Below are positions 52,081 to 61,592 of a stretch of 64,000 bases of DNA, piece after piece. The notes under the pieces are model-generated. The model saw nothing but the letters and a program-made list of their open reading frames with translations. It was not told where the DNA came from and did no database searches. The stretch is taken from assembly GCA_963812155.1 (NCBI GenBank), contig CAWETW010000003.1:512001-576000 (forward strand), in the 5' to 3' direction. The position numbers were made by a program, and so were the translations under genes. This DNA comes from Vulcanimicrobiota bacterium (GTDB taxonomy: Bacteria > Vulcanimicrobiota > Vulcanimicrobiia > Vulcanimicrobiales > Vulcanimicrobiaceae). Positions within the stretch are counted from its first letter, which is position 1; the number at the start of each line of letters is the position of its first letter.

Positions 52081-52495
52081 AATCGAGCGCGTTCGTTCGG
52101 ACGACGTTTCGGATTTCTACCGCAGGCTCGAGCGCGAAGCGTTGCGGGCGCTCTACGATTTCTCGGTCGTCTGGCACGAGCAGGTCGAAGAGTTCGCCGC
52201 GACCGATGCCGGGGCGATCGTCGCCGCCGCGACGATTCGCATCGCCGCGTCGCTGGCGCACGTCGAGCGGATCGTCGTCGCACCCGAACGGCGCTGCAAC
52301 GGCATTGGCCGTCGCTTGCTGGACGCGGCGGCCGACGTCGCGAACTATTACAACTGCCACAAAATGAGCGCGCTGGTCCCGCACGAAAGCGCGGCGCAGC
52401 GATTCTTCGAAGCGTGCGGCTACCGCGAGGAAGCGGTGCTCGCGCAGCACACGTTCAAGCTCGACGTCGCGGTGCTGCGGAAGTTCCTACTGTAA
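52070..52495 (+). CDS. GNAT acetyltransferase
   Basis: VVAPERRCNGIGRRLL, AQRFFEACGY. Confidence 0.85.
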   Translation: MPVEIERVRSDDVSDFYRRLEREALRALYDFSVVWHEQVEEFAATDAGAIVAAATIRIAASLAHVERIVVAPERRCNGIGRRLLDAAADVANYYNCHKMSALVPHESAAQRFFEACGYREEAVLAQHTFKLDVAVLRKFLL

Positions 52496-52524
52496 CGCCA
52501 ACGGCGTGGCGCACGATGACGTGG

Positions 52525-53826
52525 TTAGCGCGGAGGTTGCTGGTGATGGTGGTGGCCGCCGCCACCGCCGCCGCCGGGAGGTCCGCCCGCTGCGCCGCCG
52601 CGCTGTTGCGGCGGGGGAGCTTGGCGCGCCTGCGGGTAGTTGGGCGGCGCGTACGGCTGTTGCGAAGGCGGCGCGAAACGGTGGCGACCGTAGCCTGGCT
52701 GCGGTGCGTACTCGCGCGGCCGCGAGTAGTTCCGCGGCGGCGCGTAGTTGCGTGCCGGGAGCTCTGCGCGCGTGGCCGGAACCGGTGCGCCGGCCGGTGC
52801 GAAGACCTGCGCCGGCGCGGCGGCGGGAAGGGCTCGAGAGCCGCGTAACTCGGCCTGCACGCGCGGATGGGCGCCGACCGAGCCGTTATAGAGGAAGACC
52901 GAGCCGTGCTTGCTCACGGCGGTGACCACCGGACCGCCCCCGCGAACCGTTTCCTGGGTGCTGTTGCGGTTGCGCGTCGCGGCGGAGCCGTTGTGAAAAC
53001 TCGACACGACGTGTCCGGTGCCGCTATGCGCGCCGATCTGCGCGCCGCCGCGCACGCCCAACGCGACGTTGCCGTGCTCGGACTCGAAGCGCGCGAGCCC
53101 CGGCTGGAAGCGGCCGTTATCGTAGACGATCGAACCGTATTTGCTGGTCGCTTCGATTTGATGTGACGTGCAGCCGCGGAAAAACATGTTGCCGGTCGCG
53201 GTGCGCGCGCGCAAACGTTCGAACGACGAATCCGACGCCTGAATCGGGCCGCGCAGCGCCTCGGCATATCCGCTTCCCTGCACGTGATTGAAGGCGATGC
53301 CGCCGTCGCGTACCTGCGTGATGAACGCGCCGCGGTAGCCGTTCATGTTGAGCTGGCCGGTGCCGACGCGGGCCGTCACGAGCGCGGTTCCTCGCGGCAC
53401 CGTGATCGTCGTGTTGCCGTCACCGTCGGCGACGACGGCGTCGTGCGACGACCCTTGAAGCTGCGGCAGAACGAACGACTCCTCGGGCAGGCGGGCGTCG
53501 CCGTTGCCGGTCGAGACGCTCTGCGACCACGCCGTGTACTGATGCGGAATTCGCGGATCGGCGACCGAGGCGTTGACGTGCTTCACGTCGAGCCGGCCGC
53601 TGCTCTGGATCTGGACGTCGGGACGGTCCCAGGTGTTGACCGTGAGCGTGCCGCTTTGCAGCTGGACGTCGAGCCACGGATTCGGGCCGACGGCGATCTG
53701 CTGGGCGGCGCTTGCGCGCGCCCCCAGGCCCAACCAGCACGAGCAGCCGACCAGGAGCACCGCCGCCCCTCGCCAGCACCTTTTAAACACGATTTCATTG
53801 TAGACGCCGGCCCAGGGCGCCATCAT
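52525..53826 (-). CDS. Secreted DUF4097-like beta-repeat protein with Pro/Tyr-rich, Gly/His tail
   Basis: Signal peptide, repeats ARTATGNM/ATSKYGSI/ESEHGNV/AHSGTGHV, tail GGGGGGHHHHQQPPR. Confidence 0.7.
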   Translation of the reverse strand: MMAPWAGVYNEIVFKRCWRGAAVLLVGCSCWLGLGARASAAQQIAVGPNPWLDVQLQSGTLTVNTWDRPDVQIQSSGRLDVKHVNASVADPRIPHQYTAWSQSVSTGNGDARLPEESFVLPQLQGSSHDAVVADGDGNTTITVPRGTALVTARVGTGQLNMNGYRGAFITQVRDGGIAFNHVQGSGYAEALRGPIQASDSSFERLRARTATGNMFFRGCTSHQIEATSKYGSIVYDNGRFQPGLARFESEHGNVALGVRGGAQIGAHSGTGHVVSSFHNGSAATRNRNSTQETVRGGGPVVTAVSKHGSVFLYNGSVGAHPRVQAELRGSRALPAAAPAQVFAPAGAPVPATRAELPARNYAPPRNYSRPREYAPQPGYGRHRFAPPSQQPYAPPNYPQARQAPPPQQRGGAAGGPPGGGGGGGHHHHQQPPR

Positions 53827-53842
53827 GAAGGGCCGGTGAACC

Positions 53843-55249
53843 CTAGCTATGCCCGAGCTCCAGTCGCGGGAATGTCGCTCGGAAGAGCGCCCCGCCGTCG
53901 GGGGCGCGGCCGGCAGTGACGGTTCCGCCGTGGACGCGAGCGATCGAGCGGACGATCGCCAGCCCGAGGCCGGTGCCCGGGACCGTCCGGGAGCGCGCTT
54001 TATCGGCTCGGTAGAAGCGGTCGAAGACGTGGGGCAGTTCCGATTCGGGGATGCCGGGACCGCTGTCGGCCACCTCGATCCAAGCGTGCGTCCGATCGCC
54101 GCCCACGAGGACCTCGACGCGACCCTGCTCGGTGAACTTCACCGCATTGTCCACCAGATTCGAGACGAGCTGGCGCAGCAGCGCCGGATCGCCGATGACG
54201 GCCGGCATTCCCTCGTGGCGGAATTCCAGCGTCAGGCGTTTGGCCTCGGCGCGCGGCTGGGCGAGTTTGGCGGCCTCGCTCGCGACTTGCGCCAGCGACA
54301 CCGGCTCCTTCGGAATGTCGTCGCCGCGGTCGGCTTTAGCCAGCGTCAACATGCCGTTGACCATTTCGGCGAGCGCGCCGCTCTCGTGTGCGATCGTTTC
54401 GAGGCTTTCACTCCGGATTTCCGGGTCGCGATCGGCCCAGCGCATCAGCATCTGCGCGTTGGAGTTGATCGACGTCAGCGGCGTTTTCAGTTCGTGCGAC
54501 GCATCCGAGATGAATTGCCGCTCGCGCGCGAACGCTTCGGCGAGACGCTGCAGCAGATCGTCGAAACTCGCCGCCAAATTTCCGATCTCGTCGTTGCGGC
54601 GTTCCCAATGCAATCGGCGGTTGAGACGGTCGGATCCGATTTCGCGCATCGCTCCGGCGAGCCGGTTGATCGGCGTCGTGACTTGAGCCGCCAGGACGAT
54701 CGACAAGAGAATGACCGCGCCCGCCGCCGCCGCAAGAATGACGAATATCGCGTCGCGCGCCTGCCCGAACGTGCGGTTGAGCGCATCGAGCGGTTCGGCG
54801 ACGTGCACGATCGCGGTCGCGCCGCCCTGCTTGAGGTAGCGATCTTCGACGAGGAACGGCCGGCCGTCGATCGAGACGTCGCGGTATTCCACGTCGTGCT
54901 TCGACGAGAGTCCGGTGTTCGGCGGAATCGAAGAGCTGCCGAGATTGGCCGTCTTCGCCAGCGGATAACCGGCGGTCGAATCGACCTGCACGTAACTCGT
55001 CGACGAGTTCCAATTCGTAAGATTGCTGCTGCTGAAGAGATACTGCAGGCTGCCCGACGCGCTCCCGAGCGAAAATGGATTGCTCTGCTGGGCGGCCTGC
55101 ACGATCGAACGCATCGTCGCGGCGACGCTCGCCTTCGACTGTTCGTACAGAATGGCCTGAAACCGCCAAACGATGATGCCGCAGGTCACGGCGAGCACGA
55201 GAATCAGCAGCGACGCGTACCAGAGCGCGATGCGCCACTTCAGCGACAC
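53843..55249 (-). CDS. HAMP-domain sensor histidine kinase
   Basis: DEIGNLA.SF, FISDASHELKTPL, NLVDNAVKF, DSGPGI, FDRFYR, GTGLGL. Confidence 0.95.
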   Translation of the reverse strand: MSLKWRIALWYASLLILVLAVTCGIIVWRFQAILYEQSKASVAATMRSIVQAAQQSNPFSLGSASGSLQYLFSSSNLTNWNSSTSYVQVDSTAGYPLAKTANLGSSSIPPNTGLSSKHDVEYRDVSIDGRPFLVEDRYLKQGGATAIVHVAEPLDALNRTFGQARDAIFVILAAAAGAVILLSIVLAAQVTTPINRLAGAMREIGSDRLNRRLHWERRNDEIGNLAASFDDLLQRLAEAFARERQFISDASHELKTPLTSINSNAQMLMRWADRDPEIRSESLETIAHESGALAEMVNGMLTLAKADRGDDIPKEPVSLAQVASEAAKLAQPRAEAKRLTLEFRHEGMPAVIGDPALLRQLVSNLVDNAVKFTEQGRVEVLVGGDRTHAWIEVADSGPGIPESELPHVFDRFYRADKARSRTVPGTGLGLAIVRSIARVHGGTVTAGRAPDGGALFRATFPRLELGHS

Positions 55250-55268
55250 GAGGTTCCTTCGATCTCAA

Positions 55269-55961
55269 TCAGTCTTTGATCGTGTACCCGACGCCGCGCA
55301 CGGTCGTGATCAGCTTGTCGTCGAATCCGTCGTCGATTTTGCCGCGCAGGTAGCGGACGTAGACGTCGATGAGGTTCGAATCGCCGAGAAAGTCGCTGCC
55401 CCAGACGCCGTTGAAGAGTTCGTCGCGCGTATGCACTTTGTTACGGTGCAGCAGCAGATATTCCAGCAGCGCGTACTCCTTGGCGGTCAGGGCGATCGGC
55501 TTGCCGGCGCGATGCACTTCGTGGCGGTCGCGGTCCATTACGACGTCGCGGTACTCGATGACGTTCGATTGCGGCGAGCGCTCGCGCAGCCGGGCGCGGA
55601 CGCGCGCCAGCAGTTCCGGCGTGGAAAACGGTTTGGTGATGTAGTCGTCGGCACCGAGATCCAAACCCGCGACGCGGTCGGGCACGCGGTCTTTCGCGGT
55701 GAGCATGATAATCGGAACGTTGCTCTTGGCGCGAATGCGCCGGCAGACTTCGAGCCCGTCCATGCGCGGAATCATCAGATCGAGGATGACGAGATCGGGT
55801 TCTTTGAGCGCCTTCTCGAGTCCCGAGAGACCGTCGCGCGCGACGTCGACCTCGTAACGCTCGTGCTCGAGTTCCAGCTGCAGAACGCGGCTGATGGCGG
55901 CGTCGTCCTCGACGACGAGAATTCTATAGGGTTCCTGCGGTTGCGCCGAGCTTTTCTCCAT
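55269..55961 (-). CDS. OmpR-family response regulator
   Basis: ILVVEDD, ILDLMIP, MLTAKD, GADDYITKPF, TVRGVGY. Confidence 0.95.
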   Translation of the reverse strand: MEKSSAQPQEPYRILVVEDDAAISRVLQLELEHERYEVDVARDGLSGLEKALKEPDLVILDLMIPRMDGLEVCRRIRAKSNVPIIMLTAKDRVPDRVAGLDLGADDYITKPFSTPELLARVRARLRERSPQSNVIEYRDVVMDRDRHEVHRAGKPIALTAKEYALLEYLLLHRNKVHTRDELFNGVWGSDFLGDSNLIDVYVRYLRGKIDDGFDDKLITTVRGVGYTIKD

Positions 55962-55970
55962 AGGAACGGT

Positions 55971-56354
55971 TTATCGGCCGTCCTCCCGCTCGAACCTCCG
56001 CGTCGCGGGCCGCAAGGATTGCGATCCGGTGAAAAATGAGAGCCAGAAGGCCGCCATTGCACCGGTCGCCAGCCAGGCGTCGACGGTAACGTTCGAGAGC
56101 GCCGACTCGATCGAGGTCACGATGGTGGCGAGCGTCTGCAGGAAGAGACCGCCGCCGCCCATTCCGATGAGCACGACCAGCCAGAGCGTCACCGCCACCA
56201 CGGCGCCGAGTCCGGCGGCTTCCCACGCCGAGAAGGCAGGTGCCGGGCGGTAGGCGGTTGAGGCGAGGATCGAAGCACGCAAATCCGACGGCGGCTCCTC
56301 CAACGGGAGCGCGAAAAGTGCGCGGTCGAGCGCGTCGTCGCTGTCGTACATCAT
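55971..56354 (-). CDS. Putative membrane anti-sigma factor
   Basis: Overlaps the ECF sigma stop; LEEPPSDLRASIL followed by two TM helices. Confidence 0.65.
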   Translation of the reverse strand: MMYDSDDALDRALFALPLEEPPSDLRASILASTAYRPAPAFSAWEAAGLGAVVAVTLWLVVLIGMGGGGLFLQTLATIVTSIESALSNVTVDAWLATGAMAAFWLSFFTGSQSLRPATRRFEREDGR

Positions 56355-56939
56355 GATTCCGTTACCTCCGCTCCGCCAAGAAGCCTGCGCAGCTGCTCCT
56401 TCGCGCGAAACAAATGTGTTTTGACCGTACCCATCGGCAGATTGAGAACCTTGGCGATCTCTTCGTACTGCTTTCCCTGTAAATGATAAAGGGTCACGAC
56501 GGTGCGGTATTTTTCGGGCAGTGTCTCGATCGCGTCGCGCAGCCGCTGGGCTTCGTCGAGGGCGATCGTTTGCTGTTCCGGACCCGGCCCTGCATCGGCC
56601 CGGTCGGGAAGTTCCTCATTGCTATAACGTTTGCGCCGGCTCAGACGGTCGCAGCACGCGTGATAGGCGATGGCAAATATCCAGGTGCTGAACTTTGCGC
56701 CTATTTTAAAGGTTCGCAGGCTCCGGAACGCCTTGAAGAACGCTTCCTGCGTGACGTCGCGCGCGTCCTCGACGTCGTGAAGCGTGCGATACGCCAGAGT
56801 GGTAGACCGCGCGGTCGTACCGCTCCACGAGCGAGGCGAATGCCTCCGGGTGTCCCCGGAGCGTCATCGCCACCAATTGACCGTCCTCCGGACCGGCCGT
56901 CATGCGGCCGGCAAGGGGGGGCTGCGCCAGCGCCACCAC
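56351..56939 (-). CDS. ECF sigma-70 factor, frameshift near 56797
   Basis: DGQLV..TLRG..EAFASLVERY, DARDVTQEAFFKAF, FSTWIFAIAYHACCD, LPEKYRTVVTL, YEEIAKVLNLPMGTVKTHLFRAK. Confidence 0.9.
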
Positions 56940-56947
56940 GCTCGTCG

Positions 56948-56973
56948 TACGCGTGGGCGCCTGAGGATGTTTC
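56948..56973 (-). promoter_or_regulatory. ECF-type promoter for the sigma operon (GAAAC-N17-CGTA)
   Basis: Minus strand GAAAC atcctcaggcgcccacg CGTA, ending 8 nt before GTG 56939. Confidence 0.55.
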
Positions 56974-56997
56974 GCTCGCAGCGCCCGCAGCGGGCTC

Positions 56998-57023
56998 GAA
57001 ACATGTCGGCCGCCCGAGCGTAA
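56998..57023 (+). promoter_or_regulatory. ECF-type promoter for the DUF4097-DUF6249 genes (GAAAC-N16-CGTAA)
   Basis: GAAAC atgtcggccgcccgag CGTAA, resembling the SigW-type consensus TGAAAC-N16-CGTA. Confidence 0.6.
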
Positions 57024-57178
57024 CTAGGGCAGAAACCCAACAGGAGGCTCGACCCGATCATGGTGATCATTCCGAAGCGCACGCTCTCCGACCCGGCCCT
57101 GCCGACCGTGCAGGCCCAGGAACGGAACTCCGCCCAGTCCCTGCGACCCACCTTCACCGGCTGGGGACCGCGCATCTA

Positions 57179-58096
57179 ATGTCTCGCTCCTCGCTCGTCG
57201 CGATGCTGATCGCAGTCGAAATCGCAATCGTGGGCATCGCGCTCTTTACCGTCCGCGACATGGCGCACGTCCACGCCGCCGGCTTCGCCGCGAAGACGTT
57301 CGCACCGCTCGACGCCGGATCCGCGCCGGTCGTCGCCATCGACGATCGCGACTCGCGCGTCGACGTGGCAGCGTCGACTGACGGACTCGTTCACGTCAAA
57401 GATCTCACCGACTTGCACGGTGCGTTCTTCGGATCGCACTCGTCGGTCGCGCAACTCGACGTGAAGCGCACCGCCGGCGGCATCTCCATCTCGCGGCCGG
57501 ATTCCGGCCACACCTCCTACTTCGACTTCTGGAACTCCGAACGCCGGATTGAAGTCGACGTTCCCAGCGGTGCGCGGCTCGAAATCGCGCGCTGCTCCGG
57601 CGCGCGCATTGCCGGCGTCGAAGGCGGCGTCACGGTGGCTTCGCAGGATGGGCGCATCACGCTCACCGATTTGCGCGGCACCATTCAAGCGAAGTCCGAC
57701 GACGGCTCGATCACGGCGACGCGCGTACGCGGCGACAACCTCGTTTTGCAGTCGTCCGACGGCCGCTTGCGGCTCGAAGACGTCAGCGCCTCGTCGCTCG
57801 ACGCGCAGACGCGCGACGGCAGCATCGAAGCGCACGGCCTCGCGATCGCGGGCGGCGCGCAACACGCCGTCCTGCACACCGCCGACGGTTCGATTCGCGT
57901 CGCGTTGGCGACGGGCGCCGATCTCACGGTCGATGCGTCGACCGGCGACGGCCATATTGACGTCGACGGCAACGCCGCCGGCAACGGCGACTCCGATTCC
58001 GCGAAACGCACGGTTCGCGTCGGAAACGGTTCGGGAAGCCTTCAACTATCGAGCGGAGACGGCTCGATTCATCTCACAACCAATGGAGCGGTGTAA
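57179..58096 (+). CDS. DUF4097 family beta-strand repeat membrane-anchored protein
   Basis: N-terminal TM; repeats SQDGRI, SDDGSI, SSDGRL, TRDGSI, TADGSI, TGDGHI, SGDGSI. Confidence 0.85.
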   Translation: MSRSSLVAMLIAVEIAIVGIALFTVRDMAHVHAAGFAAKTFAPLDAGSAPVVAIDDRDSRVDVAASTDGLVHVKDLTDLHGAFFGSHSSVAQLDVKRTAGGISISRPDSGHTSYFDFWNSERRIEVDVPSGARLEIARCSGARIAGVEGGVTVASQDGRITLTDLRGTIQAKSDDGSITATRVRGDNLVLQSSDGRLRLEDVSASSLDAQTRDGSIEAHGLAIAGGAQHAVLHTADGSIRVALATGADLTVDASTGDGHIDVDGNAAGNGDSDSAKRTVRVGNGSGSLQLSSGDGSIHLTTNGAV

Positions 58097-58101
58097 CCGT
58101 C

Positions 58102-58722
58102 ATGCCTGAAACTGTCGTACCAGTAATGTTCTTTCTCATCGTCGTCGGATTGCCGATTACGGCCGGCATCATCTCTCGCGTGCTCGCGCATCAAGAGCGC
58201 ATGGAGATGCTCCGACACGGTATCGTCCCGCCGCCGGATCCGCGGGCGATGCGCAACGCGATGAAGTACGGCACGAAGCCGGGATGGACGCCGGGATCGG
58301 CGACCGTTCCGCCGCCGGGATGGACGCCGCATGCGTCGTACGACCCCGCCTACCACGCGCAATGCCAACTGCGGCGCGGCATTCAAGTCGCCTGCATCGG
58401 ATTCGCGCTGCTGATCGGTCTGTCGTTTATCGGGCTCCACGACGGGCGCTACGTCTACGGACCGTGGCTGTTGGGCGGACTCATCCCGATGTTCGTGGGC
58501 ATCGCCCAGATCATCAGCGCGGTGCTGAGCGGCGCGCAGTTCGGCCCGGGCGCCGCGGCGATGAACGGCGGCCGGTTCGGGCCGGCCGATCAAAGCGCGG
58601 CCTCCCCGCCGCCCTCAGCGGCCGGGCCGATGCCTCCCACCGCCGGGTCGTACGGCGGTTGGCGTCCCGGCTCGATCCCAGAGATCGAGAAGCCCGCAGG
58701 GCCTCCGGATCGCACCAGCTAG
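58102..58722 (+). CDS. DUF6249-like membrane protein
   Basis: TM-HQERMEMLRHG..P, LRRGI...IGFALLIGL, GGLIPMFVGIA. Confidence 0.75.
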   Translation: MPETVVPVMFFLIVVGLPITAGIISRVLAHQERMEMLRHGIVPPPDPRAMRNAMKYGTKPGWTPGSATVPPPGWTPHASYDPAYHAQCQLRRGIQVACIGFALLIGLSFIGLHDGRYVYGPWLLGGLIPMFVGIAQIISAVLSGAQFGPGAAAMNGGRFGPADQSAASPPPSAAGPMPPTAGSYGGWRPGSIPEIEKPAGPPDRTS

Positions 58723-58744
58723 CAGTGTCACAAATCAGGCAGAT

Positions 58745-58778
58745 AAAAAAAGCCGCCGGCAAAAGCCGGCGGCTTTTT
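58745..58778. terminator. Bidirectional intrinsic terminator
   Basis: AAAAAAA-GCCGCCGGC-AAAA-GCCGGCGGC-TTTTT between convergent genes. Confidence 0.9.
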
Positions 58779-58806
58779 CGATTTGCGGGAAAAAGAATGA
58801 AGACGG

Positions 58807-58947
58807 TTATTTACAAGAGACCAGCGCCATCGCCCACCCTGCTGCGGTGCGCGTTCTGACGAGATAGCCGTCCGCAGTCCGGTCGTAAACCTGATAACCG
58901 GCACGCAGCGCGTCGGCCAACGATTTGAACACGATAAGACCTGCCAT
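58807..58947 (-). CDS. 46-aa small protein
   Basis: MAGLIVFKSLADALRAGYQVYDRTADGYLVRTRTAAGWAMALVSCK, purine-rich RBS AGGAAAGGGGGG, terminator downstream. Confidence 0.7.
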   Translation of the reverse strand: MAGLIVFKSLADALRAGYQVYDRTADGYLVRTRTAAGWAMALVSCK

Positions 58948-59064
58948 CTGCGGACCCCCCTTTCCTCTACTTACTGCTCTATACAGTATAACGGCCTTCG
59001 TCGCAAGGCGGTTCGGGGTTTTTCGGAAAGTTTTTTTAAAATTGGGCGAAAATGCGCCAGCGAT

Positions 59065-59892
59065 ATGCCTGCCACGCACGGCGACGTTCGCGTTCACGAA
59101 ACGCGCGTCGCGGATCGCCGCGAGCTTGCGCCCGGCGTGATTCTGCTCGGCTTGCGGGCACCGGATCTCGTGCGGACGGCGCGTCCGGGCCAATACGTCA
59201 TGGCAATACCGCCGAGCGGCGCAGCCGCAGCGGTTGCATTGGGGATTTACGAAGCGCACGGCGACCGCGCGAGCCTGTTATTCTTTCTAACGGGCAAGCG
59301 AACGCACGAACTCGCAGAGCTTCGTCCCGGCGAGTCGCTCGCGCTCAGCGGCCCGCTCGGAAACGGCTTCGATCTATCGGCCAATCCATCGCATGCAGCG
59401 ATCGTTGCAGGCGGAGTCGGCATCGCATCGGTGCTGCTCGCGGCCGAGACCCTGGTGCGCGGTGGAACGCGCGTCGAGTTGCTCTACGGGGCGCGCACCG
59501 CCGAACTGCTGGTCGAGGCGCCGCGTTTCGCGAAGGCCGGATGCTCGCTCGCGCTTGCGACCGACGACGGCAGCGCGGGACATCGCGGATACGTGACGGA
59601 GCTCCTCGAGCGCCGCGAGGAGATGCCGGAGATGATTTTGGCCTGCGGTCCCTCGCCGATGCTGCGCGCGGTGGGACGAATCGCGCGCGAGCGCAACGTG
59701 CGCGCGCAACTCTCGCTGGAGGAAACGTTTGCGTGCGGCGTCGGCGGGTGCTGGGGCTGCGTGGTTCCGGTTACGCGCGACTCGCAGCAGGCACCCGGAT
59801 TTCCGCCCGCGGACGAAGGCGGCAGCGACGTCGTTTACGCGCGAATTTGCAAAGAGGGCCCGGTCTTCTTCAGCGACGAGCTGCGGTGGTGA
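59065..59892 (+). CDS. pyrK: Dihydroorotate dehydrogenase electron transfer subunit
   Basis: GPLGNGF, VAGGVGIA, TDDGSAG, ACGP.PML, CGVGGCWGC...ICKEGPVF. Confidence 0.92.
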   Translation: MPATHGDVRVHETRVADRRELAPGVILLGLRAPDLVRTARPGQYVMAIPPSGAAAAVALGIYEAHGDRASLLFFLTGKRTHELAELRPGESLALSGPLGNGFDLSANPSHAAIVAGGVGIASVLLAAETLVRGGTRVELLYGARTAELLVEAPRFAKAGCSLALATDDGSAGHRGYVTELLERREEMPEMILACGPSPMLRAVGRIARERNVRAQLSLEETFACGVGGCWGCVVPVTRDSQQAPGFPPADEGGSDVVYARICKEGPVFFSDELRW

Positions 59893-59896
59893 CGCG

Positions 59897-60856
59897 GTGA
59901 CGGAGGGGCCGAATCTCGGAGTTACGCTCGGAAAACTGCGGCTTGCGTACCCGACGCTCATGGGCAGCGGATGTTACGGATCCGGGGAAGAGTTCGCAGC
60001 CTTCGCCGACCTCACGAAAATCGGCGGCGTGGTGCTCAAGAGCGTCACGCGTCTGCCGCGACTGGGTAATCCGACGCCCCGCCTCGTTCACACCCCTTCG
60101 GGAATGCTCAACGCGATCGGCCTGCAGAATCCGGGCATCGAGTGGTACGTGCGGCGCGAGATGGAGAAACTCTCCGGACGCGCGTACCCGTTGGTCGGCA
60201 GCGTCGCCGGCTTTTCGATCGACGACTACGCCTACGTCTGCGAACGCCTGGCGGCGTGCGAACCGATTGCCGCAATCGAATTGAATATTTCCTGTCCGAA
60301 CGTCGCCAGCGAAGGCGAGACGTTCGCGTGCGATCCGGCCCTGACCGCTCGCGTCGTGCGCGCGGCGCGCGAAACGACCGACAAAACGCTGATCGTCAAG
60401 CTTTCGCCGAACGTCACCGACATCGCCGCGGTCGCCCGCGAAGCGCAGGACGCCGGCGCCGACGCGCTGGCCGTCGTCAACACGGTGCGCGGCATGAGCG
60501 TAGACGTCGAGACGTGGCGTCCGCGGCTGGGCAACGTGACCGGCGGACTCTCGGGGCCGGCGATTCGCCCGATCGCGGTGCTGGCGGTCTACGAAGTCGC
60601 ACGGGCCGTCTCGATTCCGATCGTCGGTCAAGGCGGTATCGAAACCGTCACCGATGCACTCGAGTTCTTTTTGGCGGGTGCGACGGCGATCGGCATCGGG
60701 ACGGCAAACTTCACCGATCCGCGCGCCCCCGAGCGAATCGTCGAAGGCCTTATCGAGTATCTGCAGCGGCGTAACCTGCGCGGCATCGACGACATCGTCG
60801 GACAGGCCAACCTCGGCTTTGCCAGCGCGCACGAATATGAAGGAGATGAAGGTTAG
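59897..60856 (+). CDS. pyrD: Dihydroorotate dehydrogenase family 1B catalytic subunit
   Basis: GMLNAIGLQNPG, ELNISCPN, VKLSPNVTDI, GGLSGPAIRP. Confidence 0.95.
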   Translation: MTEGPNLGVTLGKLRLAYPTLMGSGCYGSGEEFAAFADLTKIGGVVLKSVTRLPRLGNPTPRLVHTPSGMLNAIGLQNPGIEWYVRREMEKLSGRAYPLVGSVAGFSIDDYAYVCERLAACEPIAAIELNISCPNVASEGETFACDPALTARVVRAARETTDKTLIVKLSPNVTDIAAVAREAQDAGADALAVVNTVRGMSVDVETWRPRLGNVTGGLSGPAIRPIAVLAVYEVARAVSIPIVGQGGIETVTDALEFFLAGATAIGIGTANFTDPRAPERIVEGLIEYLQRRNLRGIDDIVGQANLGFASAHEYEGDEG

Positions 60857-60872
60857 TGGAAGGGGAGACCCG

Positions 60873-61592
60873 GTGGCAGCGCAACTGATCGTCGCGCTCG
60901 ACGTACCCGAAGCCGGTGAGGCGGAACGGCTGATCGACGCGCTTTACGAAACCGATGCGATCTTCAAAATCGGCATCGAAGCGCTCTACGGCTACGCCGA
61001 ACGGATCTTCGCGTACTGCGAAGCGCGCGACGTGCGCACGTTCGTCGATGCAAAACTTCACGACATTCCCCGCACGGTGGGCGCTGCGGTGCGCCAACTC
61101 GTGCGCCCCAACGCCCACATCGTCAACGTGCACGCCCTCGGAGGCCTTGAAATGATGCGGACGGCGGTCGACGCGGCGAGCGAGCGCGCGTTCGAGCTCG
61201 GCATCGCGGCGCCGCAGATCTTTGCGGTGACCATCCTCACCAGCATCGCTCCCGAAGATCTCAACGAACTCGGCCTTCAGGGCGGGCCGGGCGAGAACGC
61301 GATTCGTCTGGCTGCGTTGGCGCGCGACGCGGGCTGTGCCGGCGTCGTGTGCAGCGCGCGCGAAGCCGGCGATCTCAAGCGTTTCTTCGGCGACGATTTC
61401 CTTACGCTCACGCCGGGCATTCGTCCGGCGGGTGCGGCGCACGGCGATCAGAAGCGCGTGGTCACGCCGTCGGAGGCGGTCGCCGCCGGCGCCGATTACA
61501 TCGTCGTCGGGCGGCCGATTACCGAGGCCGGCGATCCGCTCGCGGCCGCGCGCGCCATTCTCGCCGAAATGCGCGAGGCGCCGGCGCGGTGA
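60873..61592 (+). CDS. pyrF: Orotidine-5'-phosphate decarboxylase
   Basis: LIVALD, DAKLHDIPRTV, AVTILTS, TPGIRP, DQKRV.TP, VVGRPI. Confidence 0.95.
   Translation: MAAQLIVALDVPEAGEAERLIDALYETDAIFKIGIEALYGYAERIFAYCEARDVRTFVDAKLHDIPRTVGAAVRQLVRPNAHIVNVHALGGLEMMRTAVDAASERAFELGIAAPQIFAVTILTSIAPEDLNELGLQGGPGENAIRLAALARDAGCAGVVCSAREAGDLKRFFGDDFLTLTPGIRPAGAAHGDQKRVVTPSEAVAAGADYIVVGRPITEAGDPLAAARAILAEMREAPAR

Noticed and set aside
52525..52570. Metal-binding His tag on the DUF4097-like protein
   Set aside because: Only four His within a low-complexity tail; not enough to support a function.
58972..58988. LexA SOS box
   Set aside because: Spacing is CTG-N7-CAG, not the CTG-N10-CAG of the E. coli-type box.
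58990..59064. PyrR attenuator or UTP-sensing leader before pyrK
   Set aside because: T-tracts are present, but there is no PyrR binding-loop motif or strong terminator stem; could simply be an AT-rich promoter element.
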